Assembly: GCA_900234795.1 (NCBI GenBank)
Contig: LT962688.1
Location: 3,030,001 to 3,062,000, forward strand
DNA: 32,000 nucleotides
Reading direction: 5' to 3'
Origin: Methylorubrum extorquens
Lineage (GTDB): Bacteria > Pseudomonadota > Alphaproteobacteria > Rhizobiales > Beijerinckiaceae
Positions within the stretch are counted from its first letter, which is position 1. Every line of letters begins with the position of its first letter. Both the position numbers and the translations under genes were made by a program. Shown here piece after piece: positions 1-9,514 of this stretch. The notes beneath the pieces are model-generated. The model made no database searches. It was not told the origin of the DNA and was given only the letters and a program-made list of their open reading frames with translations.

Positions 1-76
1 AACGGCGGTGCTAAGACCGCTGCGCATTATTCTTCGGGCCGCGCTGCGGTCCCTCAACGAACGCGAGTGACGTCGA

Positions 77-268
77 ATGAACCCGCTGGTGCCGCTTTCC
101 ATCGTGCTGCTCCTCCCGATCGCAGCCGTCTGCGCCGTTCTCTTCACGGATTCCGGGATCGAGCCGGCCCTGTTCTACGCCGCGGTCAAGACCTTCGCGA
201 TCCTGTTCGTCGTCGGCGGCGCGATCTCCTTCGCCGCGAGCCGCCTCGCCGCGCGCACCCACGGCTGA
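77..268 (+). CDS. small hydrophobic (two-helix) membrane protein, family not recognised
   Basis: ATG-initiated 63-codon ORF with very high third-position G+C. Two hydrophobic stretches (LVPLSIVLLLPIAAVCAVLF and TFAILFVVGGAISFAA). The competing overlapping ORFs (11..553 -, 67..339 +) are Arg/Pro-rich junk typical of off-frames in high-GC DNA. Confidence 0.55.
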   Translation: MNPLVPLSIVLLLPIAAVCAVLFTDSGIEPALFYAAVKTFAILFVVGGAISFAASRLAARTHG

Positions 269-389
269 GCCTCTGCTACGGAACGCCTGCCGCTCCGCCG
301 TGCCCCGTGAGGCACGGTCGGTGGGCGGGTGTTTCATGAGGCACGGCCGAATCCCGGCACCGGCCGGCGTCTGACGGAAGGTCGAGGCC

Positions 390-1571
390 ATGCTGCGTGT
401 CGTGCCCTCCTTCGATCGGATCGGCGAGGAGAACGCTTTCGCCGTTCTCGCCCGCGCCAGCGCGCTCGCGGCGCAGGGCCGCGACATCGTCAATCTCGGC
501 ATCGGCCAGCCGGACTTCGCGACGCCGGCCCATATCGTCGAGGCGGGCATCAAGGCCCTGCGCGACGGTCATCACGGCTACACGCCAGCCATCGGCATTC
601 CACCGCTCCGTGAGGCGGTGGCGCGGGACCTCCATCGCCGCCACGGGGTCGAGGTCTCGCCGGATGCGGTGATGATCGTGCCGGGCGGCAAGGTCACCAT
701 GTTCATGGCGATCCTGATGTTCGGCGAGCCCGGCGCCGAGATTCTGTATCCCGATCCCGGCTTCCCGATCTACCGTTCGATGATCGCGTTCACCGGGGCC
801 ACCCCGGTGCCGGTCCCGATCCGTGAGGCCAACGGCTTCGCCTTCTCGGCCGAGGAGACGCTCTCGCTGATCACGGAGCGCACGCGCCTCCTGATCGTCA
901 ACTCGCCGGCCAACCCGACCGGCGGCGTCACGCCGAAGGCCGAGATCGACGCTCTGGTGCGGGGTCTTGCCGCCCATCCTGGCGTCGCCGTGCTGTCCGA
1001 CGAGATCTACGGCTCCATGACCTATGACGGGGAGGCGCATGTCTCGCTCCTCGCCTATCCCGAGATCCGCGACCGGCTGATCGCGCTCGACGGCGCCTCG
1101 AAAACCTACGCGATGACGGGGTGGCGGCTCGGCTGGTCGGTCTGGCCGAAGCCGCTCTACGACGCCGCCCGCAAGCTCGCCGTGAACTCCTTCTCCTGCG
1201 TGAACGCCGCCACGCAATGGGCCGGGGTCGCCGCCCTCGACGGATCGCAGGACTGCGTCGCCGCGATGATCGCCGCGTTCGATCAGCGTCGAAGCTTGGT
1301 CGTGGACGGATTGAACGGCCTGCCGAACGTCTCCTGCATCACCCCCAAGGGTGCTTTCTACGCCTTCCCGAACATCGCGCGCACGGGCTGGAAGGCGAAG
1401 GCCCTGGCCACCGCACTCCTCGACGAGGCGGGGGTCGTGGTGATCGGCGGCCCGGATTTCGGCGTGTATGGCGAGGGCTATCTCCGGCTGTCCTACGCCA
1501 ACTCCGCCGAGAACATCACTCGGGCGCTGGAGCGGATGAATCGGTTCCTCTCGGACCACGCGCCGGGCTGA
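390..1571 (+). CDS. pyridoxal-phosphate-dependent aminotransferase, class I/II (aspartate/aromatic aminotransferase-like)
   Basis: 393 aa. Contains NLGIGQPDFATP, the NSPANPTGG motif and a PLP-lysine context SKTYAMTGWRLGW, all typical of fold-type I aminotransferases. GAGG-like RBS just upstream of the ATG. Confidence 0.95.
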   Translation: MLRVVPSFDRIGEENAFAVLARASALAAQGRDIVNLGIGQPDFATPAHIVEAGIKALRDGHHGYTPAIGIPPLREAVARDLHRRHGVEVSPDAVMIVPGGKVTMFMAILMFGEPGAEILYPDPGFPIYRSMIAFTGATPVPVPIREANGFAFSAEETLSLITERTRLLIVNSPANPTGGVTPKAEIDALVRGLAAHPGVAVLSDEIYGSMTYDGEAHVSLLAYPEIRDRLIALDGASKTYAMTGWRLGWSVWPKPLYDAARKLAVNSFSCVNAATQWAGVAALDGSQDCVAAMIAAFDQRRSLVVDGLNGLPNVSCITPKGAFYAFPNIARTGWKAKALATALLDEAGVVVIGGPDFGVYGEGYLRLSYANSAENITRALERMNRFLSDHAPG

Positions 1572-1753
1572 GATCGAAAGATGTCATTCGCCTATGTGAC
1601 AGCTTTCGCGAGATCGGCCTCCGTTTCTGGCACCGGGCGATAATCTCGGCCTTTCTCGATTTTCCATGCATCCGAATTCGAGGCTGCGGCGTTATCCGGC
1701 CATGCTTCGCTGTGCCTGATCGCGGCGAACCTCACAACGACGGAGATGCTGTA

Positions 1754-2167
1754 ATGAAGATCAAGACCCTTCTCGCTGCTTCGGCTATCGCGCTTGCTCT
1801 GCCCATGGCCGCCCAGGCTCAAGGCACGCTGCGCGGCGCGGAGCGTGGCGCTCAGGAAGGCGCCGATGCGGCTGGTCCGATCGGTGGCATCGTCGGCGGC
1901 GCGGTCGGTGCGGCGACCGGTACGATCGGTGGCATTCTCGGTGTCGAGGATCGTCCGCGCTTCCGCTCCTATGTTCGCGAGCGCAACGTCCGCTCCTACG
2001 ACTACGACGGTCGCGTCGTCGTCGGCTCCACGCTGCCGTCCTCGGGCGTGACGTATTACGACGTCCCGAACGACTACAACGTGACCCGTGGAACCCGCTA
2101 CACCGTGGTCAACGACCGTCCGGTGCTGGTGGATGGCCGCCACCGGATCATCGAAGTGCTCGACTAA
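1754..2167 (+). CDS. DUF1236-like secreted protein
   Basis: Internal ATG of ORF 1121..2167, preceded by GGAGA. Signal peptide MKIKTLLAASAIALALPMAAQA. The C-terminal part (FRSYVRERNV...YTVVNDRPVLVDGRHRIIEVLD) matches my recollection of the DUF1236 pattern. The longer upstream extension is Arg-rich and overlaps the aminotransferase. Confidence 0.8.
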   Translation: MKIKTLLAASAIALALPMAAQAQGTLRGAERGAQEGADAAGPIGGIVGGAVGAATGTIGGILGVEDRPRFRSYVRERNVRSYDYDGRVVVGSTLPSSGVTYYDVPNDYNVTRGTRYTVVNDRPVLVDGRHRIIEVLD

Positions 2168-2207
2168 CCACGTAGCGCATGGGCCGCCCGCAAGGGCGGC
2201 ACCATCC

Positions 2208-2237
2208 GGCCCCGGCAACCACTGCCGGGGCCTTTTT
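2208..2237 (+). terminator. Rho-independent terminator after the DUF1236 gene
   Basis: Perfect 9-bp GC stem ggccccggc / gccggggcc (2208-2216 / 2224-2232) followed directly by TTTTT (2233-2237). Confidence 0.75.
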
Positions 2238-2456
2238 CATGTTCTGACCTGCTCCAAAAGTTCGCAGAGAGGCCGTCCGGCGCGCTATCGCGTCGACGAC
2301 GCATGCCTGAGCGCGACGGCCCCTCTCCTGGAAGATCAGTGTTCGATCGCTTGCCGTGATGCTGTCGAAGGCAGGCGAGAACGTCGGACGCAACGCTCGC
2401 GGTGTTCCGTTCGTTTATCCATTCGAGACGATGTTTGCGCCTGGACAGGACTGACG

Positions 2457-2747
2457 ATGACCGGCTCCGACACATCCGCCGAAAACCTTCCCGAGAACCC
2501 GCCGCTGCCGGAATCGGTGCGCGACCATCTCGGTCATGAGCTTCGGAGCGTCTATACCGAGCCGACCCCCGAGCCACGCTTCCTCGGCGACGAACCGAGC
2601 GTGCCGCAGGAATTCGAGCCGCAGCTTCGCCGGCTCGAGACGCGGCTGAAGACGCATGAGGAAGGCACCGAAGCGGTCGAACAGGCGCTCGACCGGATCC
2701 TCGATGCCTTCGGCGTCACGCCCGATGCGGGCGATCCGAAGAAGTAG
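2457..2747 (+). CDS. small acidic protein with a NepR-like (anti-sigma EcfG) motif
   Basis: Internal ATG of ORF 2088..2747 with AGGA 6 nt upstream and high GC3. 96 aa with no signal peptide. LGHELRSVYTEPTPEPRFLG ... LRRLE resembles the NepR core (hG..LR..Y.....P.P.rF..LL..L) as I remember it. Confidence 0.5.
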   Translation: MTGSDTSAENLPENPPLPESVRDHLGHELRSVYTEPTPEPRFLGDEPSVPQEFEPQLRRLETRLKTHEEGTEAVEQALDRILDAFGVTPDAGDPKK

Positions 2748-2753
2748 GACGGT

Positions 2754-3179
2754 TCACACCCGTCGCGCCGCCAACAGATCGCGGATTTCACCCAGCAGCT
2801 TCACATCGGCCGGCACCTCGGCCACCGGCTTTGGCTTGGCCTCTTCCCTGGATTTCAGGACGTTCATGGCGCGGATCACCATGAACAGCACGAAGGCGAT
2901 GATGGTGAAGTTGACGGCGAGCGTCAGGAACTGACCGTAGCCGATCACCGCGCCGACCTTCTTCGCCTCGGCATAGGGCATGCCGCCCTGCACCTTGGAG
3001 GACAGCGGGATGTAGTAGTTCGAGAAATCGAGCCCGCCGGTCACCGCGCCGATGATCGGCATGATGACGTCCTGAACCAGCGAATTGACGATGGCGCCGA
3101 ACGCCGCGCCGATGATCACGCCGACGGCGAGATCGACCACATTGCCGCGCAACGCGAACTTCTTGAACTCTTCCAACAT
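2754..3179 (-). CDS. mscL: large-conductance mechanosensitive channel
   Basis: 141 aa starting [44 protein letters not shown], which is the canonical MscL N-terminus and TM1. The start is taken at the internal ATG (3179) of ORF 2754..3416. Confidence 0.95.
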   Translation of the reverse strand: MLEEFKKFALRGNVVDLAVGVIIGAAFGAIVNSLVQDVIMPIIGAVTGGLDFSNYYIPLSSKVQGGMPYAEAKKVGAVIGYGQFLTLAVNFTIIAFVLFMVIRAMNVLKSREEAKPKPVAEVPADVKLLGEIRDLLAARRV

Positions 3180-3619
3180 ACTCGGGCTCCTTGAACCGCC
3201 GGCTCCGCTGCAGGCCGTTGCGTGCAAAGCTATGCCGCAAGCGGTGGTCGCCAAGGGGAGCTGCCAAAGGGGAGCCGCCAAGAGGAGCTGCGCCGATCGC
3301 CGACTTACGGTGGGAGAGGGCGATGGGTTTTCCGCTTCCGTGCACTTGTGCGCATAGCGAGCCGGCCCGGCGCAATTCAAACGGCCAAGCTGGAAACAGA
3401 TCGCCGAGTGCCGCAATCTTCGGCCGGCCTCATGCCCCGGTCCGGCAATCCTTCAGAAAAACTTCGAAACATATCTTAAGGGTTGTGCGGGCGATCTGCT
3501 CTGCCGGCTTAGGAGGATTGGGGCTTTTTCCGTCGCCGTTTAGCATCAGTTCATTTTTCAATTGCTACCGAGGGGTGACTACTTCAAACGCCCTGCCCTA
3601 TCCCGAGGTGCCCTTTCGG

Positions 3620-4327
3620 ATGCCGGACGAACTGATTCGCAGTGAATTGCCGGATGATCCCGGCTCCGTACGGGTCGAAGCGGTAAAAGCCGTTCCGCGC
3701 CAGTTGGCGCTTGCCTTGCGGGACTACTTCGACCTGGCGGAGCAGGCTCCGTTGCCGAGCCCGCTCGCGGCACTGTTGCGACAGTTCGAGACAGCGCTCG
3801 CCGCCCATGGCGGAGAGGTCGAAACGATCTTCCGCGACGATCTGGTGAAGGCGCTGCCGATGCTGCGCACCTTCGCGATCTCGCTCACCGCCAACCCGAC
3901 CCGTGCCGACGATCTCGTTCAGGAGACGATGGTGAAGGCGTGGGCCAACCGGGAGCGGTTCACGCCGGGCACGAACTTCACGGCGTGGCTGTTCACCATC
4001 CTACGCAACCAGTTCTACACCGAGATCCGCAAGGGGCGCCGCGAAGTCGAGGACGCCGACGGCGTCCACGCCGGGACGCTGACCGCTCACCCGGATCAGG
4101 AACACGCGGCGGGCCTGCGGATGGTGATGAACCTGATCGGCACTCTGCCGCTGCCGCAGCGGCAGGCGCTTCTGCTGGTCGGTGCCGAGGGCTTCACCTA
4201 CGAGGAAGCGGCCGAGCAGCTCGGCTGCCAGGTCGGCACGGTCAAGAGCCGCGTCAGCCGCGCGCGGGCCTTCCTCGTCGATTCCTTCGAGGGTCTGCCG
4301 AACGGATTGTCGGCGGCACGGGCCTGA
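3620..4327 (+). CDS. ECF sigma factor of the EcfG (general stress response) type with a ~75-aa N-terminal extension carrying a NepR-like motif
   Basis: Region 2 (ADDLVQETMVKAWANRERFTPGTNFTAWLFTILRNQFYTEIRKGRREVEDADG) and region 4 (LPLPQRQALLLVGAEGFTYEEAAEQLGCQVGTVKSRVSRARAFL) resemble rhizobial RpoE2/EcfG. The first in-frame ATG is at 3620. No ATG lies between it and the sigma core, and the extension has coding-like GC3. Confidence 0.9.
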   Translation: MPDELIRSELPDDPGSVRVEAVKAVPRQLALALRDYFDLAEQAPLPSPLAALLRQFETALAAHGGEVETIFRDDLVKALPMLRTFAISLTANPTRADDLVQETMVKAWANRERFTPGTNFTAWLFTILRNQFYTEIRKGRREVEDADGVHAGTLTAHPDQEHAAGLRMVMNLIGTLPLPQRQALLLVGAEGFTYEEAAEQLGCQVGTVKSRVSRARAFLVDSFEGLPNGLSAARA

Positions 4328-4354
4328 CCCGCGCCGCTCTGGGCACCCGCCTTG

Positions 4355-4383
4355 CCCCGAGAGGCCGTCACCGGCCCTCGGGG
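4355..4383. terminator. GC-rich stem-loop between the convergent sigma-factor and gyrB genes (possible bidirectional terminator)
   Basis: ccccgagaggccg-tcac-cggccctcgggg forms a 12-bp stem with one bulged A. There is no clear T tract on either side. Confidence 0.4.
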
Positions 4384-4390
4384 TGGCGCG

Positions 4391-6901
<2,511 letters not shown>

Positions 6902-6919
6902 CTATTTCCGTCTCGTCTT

Positions 6920-6948
6920 CATATAGGCGTTCCCCCCTGATTTTGCAT
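6920..6948 (-). promoter_or_regulatory. candidate sigma70-type promoter for gyrB
   Basis: On the minus strand: ATGCAA-N17-TATATG about 80 nt upstream of the gyrB ATG. Pattern match by eye only. Confidence 0.25.
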
Positions 6949-7076
6949 CGCTTTTTGCGTCGGTAAAGCGCTGCGACACCGCGCTTTGTGACGTGGTTCC
7001 GTTAATCCTCCGTTAGGCCTCGCGGGCCGGTCGATCACGTCCGGCCCGGATGCCCCTCGGCTGCCCGCGTCGCCGA

Positions 7077-7721
7077 TCACCCTTGCAGGAAGGGGTTCGT
7101 CATCCGCTCCTGCCCGAGCGTTCCGGTCGGCCCGTGGCCGGGGATGAAGGCGACGTCGTCGCCCAGCGGCAGCACCTTCTCGCGGATCATCCGGATCAGC
7201 TGCTCGTGGCTGCCGCCGGGCAGGTCGGTCCGGCCGACCGACCCTTGGAACACGACGTCGCCGACCAGGGCGAAGCGGGCATCGCGGCTCATGAAGACGA
7301 CGCTGCCGGGCGAGTGGCCGGGGGCATGCCAGATGTCGAAGGTCAGGCCGCCGACGGTGACGGTCTCGCCCTCGTTGAGCCAGCGATCCGGCGTGATCGC
7401 GCGGGCGCCGTCGATCCCGTAACTCGCGCCGGTCTCGGGCAGGGAATCGAGCAGGAACTTGTCGGCTTCGTGCGGGCCCTCGACGGGAACGCCGAGGCGC
7501 TCCTTCAACTCCGCGGCGCCGCCGGCATGGTCGATATGGCCGTGCGTGAGCAAGATCTTCTCGACCGTCACGCCCTGCGCCCGAATCGCCGCCTCGATCC
7601 GGTCCAGGTCTCCGCCGGGATCGACCACGGCGCCGACCTTGGTGGCCTCGTCCCAGATCAAGGTGCAGTTCTGCTGGAACGGGGTGACCGGGATGATCGC
7701 GGCGCGGGGCGTGGCGGGCAT
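7077..7721 (-). CDS. MBL-fold metallo-hydrolase (glyoxalase II-like)
   Basis: 214 aa. THGHIDHAGG metal-binding motif, plus downstream HAPGHSPG and PGHG motifs typical of the beta-lactamase fold. Confidence 0.9.
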   Translation of the reverse strand: MPATPRAAIIPVTPFQQNCTLIWDEATKVGAVVDPGGDLDRIEAAIRAQGVTVEKILLTHGHIDHAGGAAELKERLGVPVEGPHEADKFLLDSLPETGASYGIDGARAITPDRWLNEGETVTVGGLTFDIWHAPGHSPGSVVFMSRDARFALVGDVVFQGSVGRTDLPGGSHEQLIRMIREKVLPLGDDVAFIPGHGPTGTLGQERMTNPFLQG

Positions 7722-7885
7722 ACGGACTCGGCAGTTTGAGGATGAGGATACTGCGTGCAGTTCTAGACCGTCGCGCCGGCAAGCGCCAATGCGAGGCGCC
7801 TCATCTCCGGTCCGGTTGATCCCTCAAAATGATGGATCGAGCGTCGCTCAGTCGCCGCGCGGGCTGCCTGATCCGGTGGCCTCAC

Positions 7886-8305
7886 TCAGGTGGATGCCGC
7901 TTCACCCTCAACCGGGATCGGGCGCGGACGGCCCACCTCGTCGATGGCGACGAAGGTGAAGGTCGCCTCGGTGACCTTCTCGCGGAACTGGGTCTGGAAG
8001 CGCCGCGCCCAGGCCTCCAAATGGATTTTCATCGAGGTGCGTCCGACCCGGCCGATCCGGGTGTAGACGCACAGCACGTCGCCGACCCGCACGGGCCGAA
8101 TGAAGGTCATCGCATCGACGGCCACGGTCACGACCCGCCCCTGCGCCCGCTCGACCCCGGCGATGCCGCCGGCCTGATCCATCTGCGACAGCACCCAACC
8201 GCCGAAGATGTCGCCGTTGGCGTTGGTGTCGGCCGGCATGGCGATCGTGCGCACCGTCAGGTCGCCGATGGGATGCTCGTCGCTCACATCGATCGCATGC
8301 GTCAT
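7886..8305 (-). CDS. acyl-CoA thioesterase (hotdog fold, YciA-like)
   Basis: MPADTNANGDIFGGWVLSQMDQAGG is the characteristic YciA/4HBT-type motif. Start chosen at the internal ATG 8305, which has GGGGGGA immediately upstream. The ORF stays open to 8353. Confidence 0.85.
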   Translation of the reverse strand: MTHAIDVSDEHPIGDLTVRTIAMPADTNANGDIFGGWVLSQMDQAGGIAGVERAQGRVVTVAVDAMTFIRPVRVGDVLCVYTRIGRVGRTSMKIHLEAWARRFQTQFREKVTEATFTFVAIDEVGRPRPIPVEGEAAST

Positions 8306-8390
8306 CGATCCCCCCGTTCGCGCCGATTCGATCGCGCGTTGTCCGACAGCCAAGCACGGGCGCCGGTCCGACGCCAGAGGCGGAACCGGG

Positions 8391-8534
8391 TCAGGGCATC
8401 AGGCCGAGAAGCTCCAGCCCAGCCGCGAGGAAGATCGCCGCGGCGCAGACGAATAGCTCGAGGGGGATGTCCTGCCAGGACAGGGTACGAGGCGGCGCAA
8501 TCGCGCGCCGCTGCCGCGTCACGAGATCGATCAT
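8391..8534 (-). CDS. 47-aa protein with a C-terminal transmembrane helix, family not recognised
   Basis: Internal ATG of ORF 8391..8654 with a strong GGAGGA RBS 7 nt upstream. The C-terminus LELFVCAAAIFLAAGLELLGLM is hydrophobic. Confidence 0.45.
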   Translation of the reverse strand: MIDLVTRQRRAIAPPRTLSWQDIPLELFVCAAAIFLAAGLELLGLMP

Positions 8535-8743
8535 GGGACGTCCTCCGGAGCGGCCCGTCTCACGCGGACCATACTCGCTCGAACGCCATCCTATATCGGC
8601 TCGCGGGTTTTCGAAAAGCGCGGGCAGGGATCGGTCAGTCCAAGAGACGGACACGAAAAAGCCCGGAGCGCTGACACTCCGGGCTCACTTCGGAAACGAT
8701 CGTCTTCAGAGGTCCGTTGGGGACCCCAAGAGATCCGTTCGGA

Positions 8744-9028
8744 TCAGTAGTAGAAGCGACGCGGGCCGTAGAAGCGACGCGGGCCGTAGAAACGGCGCGG
8801 GCCGTAGTACGGGCGACGGTAGAACGGGCGCGGGCCGTAGAAGCGGCGGCCGTAATGACGGCGCGGGCCCCAGCCACCGCCGTAATACTGCGCCTTCTCG
8901 ATGGTCGCGGGCGCGGTCTCGGTCACGAGCGCAGCCGACGGGCCGACCGGGGCGGCCGACGCACCCTGCGGCGACACCGCGGCGAGGCCCAGGACCATCA
9001 GCGCGGCAAGGAGGAGTTTTCTGAGCAA
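8744..9028 (-). CDS. secreted protein with a C-terminal Tyr/Arg/Pro/Gly repeat tail ((F/Y)YGPRR units)
   Basis: ORF 8744..9064. The likely start is TTG at 9028 (AGAGGGA RBS 8 nt upstream), giving signal peptide MLRKLLLAALMVLGLAAVSPQGASA. The mature C-terminus is YYGGGWGPRRHYGRRFYGPRPFYRRPYYGPRRFYGPRRFYGPRRFYY. Confidence 0.65.
   Translation of the reverse strand: MLRKLLLAALMVLGLAAVSPQGASAAPVGPSAALVTETAPATIEKAQYYGGGWGPRRHYGRRFYGPRPFYRRPYYGPRRFYGPRRFYGPRRFYY
8750..8803 (-). repeat. 18-bp in-frame tandem repeat x3 (gtagaagcgacgcgggcc), degenerating further upstream
   Basis: Units at 8750-8767 and 8768-8785 are identical; 8786-8803 differs at 2 positions. Each unit encodes GPRRFY on the minus strand. 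Confidence 0.9.
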
Positions 9029-9154
9029 GTGGGCATTCCCTCTTCGGCATTCGCGAACGGACACGCCGAACCCGGCGCACCGCGCGAGCGAGAACGCACG
9101 AGGCCGCGAAACGGTTTCGTCAAAAGAGCGACCGCAGGGGCTGTGAAAAGGGGG

Positions 9155-9340
9155 TCAGGCGATCTTCGTCGTCATGTCGACGACGGACGCCTCGGCGCTG
9201 CTCTTCACCAGTTCGATTCCGCGCTCGCAATCCTCGCGGCGAACATAGCTCTCACCGGAATCCGCGATGACGTTGCCATTCTGGACGCGCAGGCGCCAGC
9301 GCCACTGCCCACCCGCATCACGATAGAGTTCGTAGCGCAT
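9155..9340 (-). CDS. DUF1508 / YegP-family small protein
   Basis: 61 aa. YELYRDAGGQWRWRLRVQNGNVIADSGESYVRREDCERGIELVK fits the YegP/UPF0339 repeat pattern as I recall it. GGAGA lies upstream. Confidence 0.8.
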   Translation of the reverse strand: MRYELYRDAGGQWRWRLRVQNGNVIADSGESYVRREDCERGIELVKSSAEASVVDMTTKIA

Positions 9341-9514
9341 CCCGCCTGATCTCCTGACAGGCCGTGCTCCGAACGAGAACGGCGCGGGATGAACGCATCC
9401 CGCGCCGAAAAGATCGATGTCAGAGACCCGTTAAGACGCCGACGATCGGTTGCGTCCCCTCCCGCCCAATGATGAGGCGGGCATTCGACGCGGGACCGTC
9501 AGGCCGTCCGCGGC

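Noticed and set aside
2-70. Possible 3' end of an upstream gene running off the left edge (…TAVLRPLRIILRAALRSLNERE, TGA at 68-70)
   Set aside because: Only 22 codons are visible. GC3 is compatible with coding, but that is not enough evidence to call a feature.
276-1559. 427-aa ORF on the minus strand (and 12976..14313 -, 15017..16186 -, 16844..17998 -, 18829..19815 +)
   Set aside because: These are antisense shadows of the aminotransferase, sseA, heparinase-like, purH and MFS genes respectively. None shows recognisable domains.
1121-1753. Upstream extension of the DUF1236 ORF (348-aa version)
   Set aside because: It overlaps the 3' third of the aminotransferase in another frame and is Arg-rich junk. 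A signal peptide begins exactly at the internal ATG 1754, which has an RBS.
3191-3619. Upstream extension of the sigma-factor ORF (378-aa version)
   Set aside because: The extension overlaps the mscL start region on the opposite strand. It runs through a clearly non-coding, AT-richer stretch (3440-3600) and has poor codon bias. The first ATG with sensible context is 3620.
3380-3619. EcfG-type promoter (GGAAC-N16-17-CGTT) upstream of the sigma gene, and likewise upstream of the NepR-like ORF (2380-2456)
   Set aside because: The best candidates are GGATT-N17-CGTT (about 3514-3539) and a GGAAC on the wrong strand near 2405-2409 with wrong spacing. Neither matches the consensus well enough to report.
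9381-9406. Hairpin ggcgcgggatg-aacg-catcccgcgcc between the helicase and the DUF1508 gene as a terminator
   Set aside because: The stem is perfect, but on the transcribed (minus) strand it is not followed by a T tract and it sits 110 nt after the stop codon. A Rho-independent terminator call is not justified; it may still be an RNA stability element.
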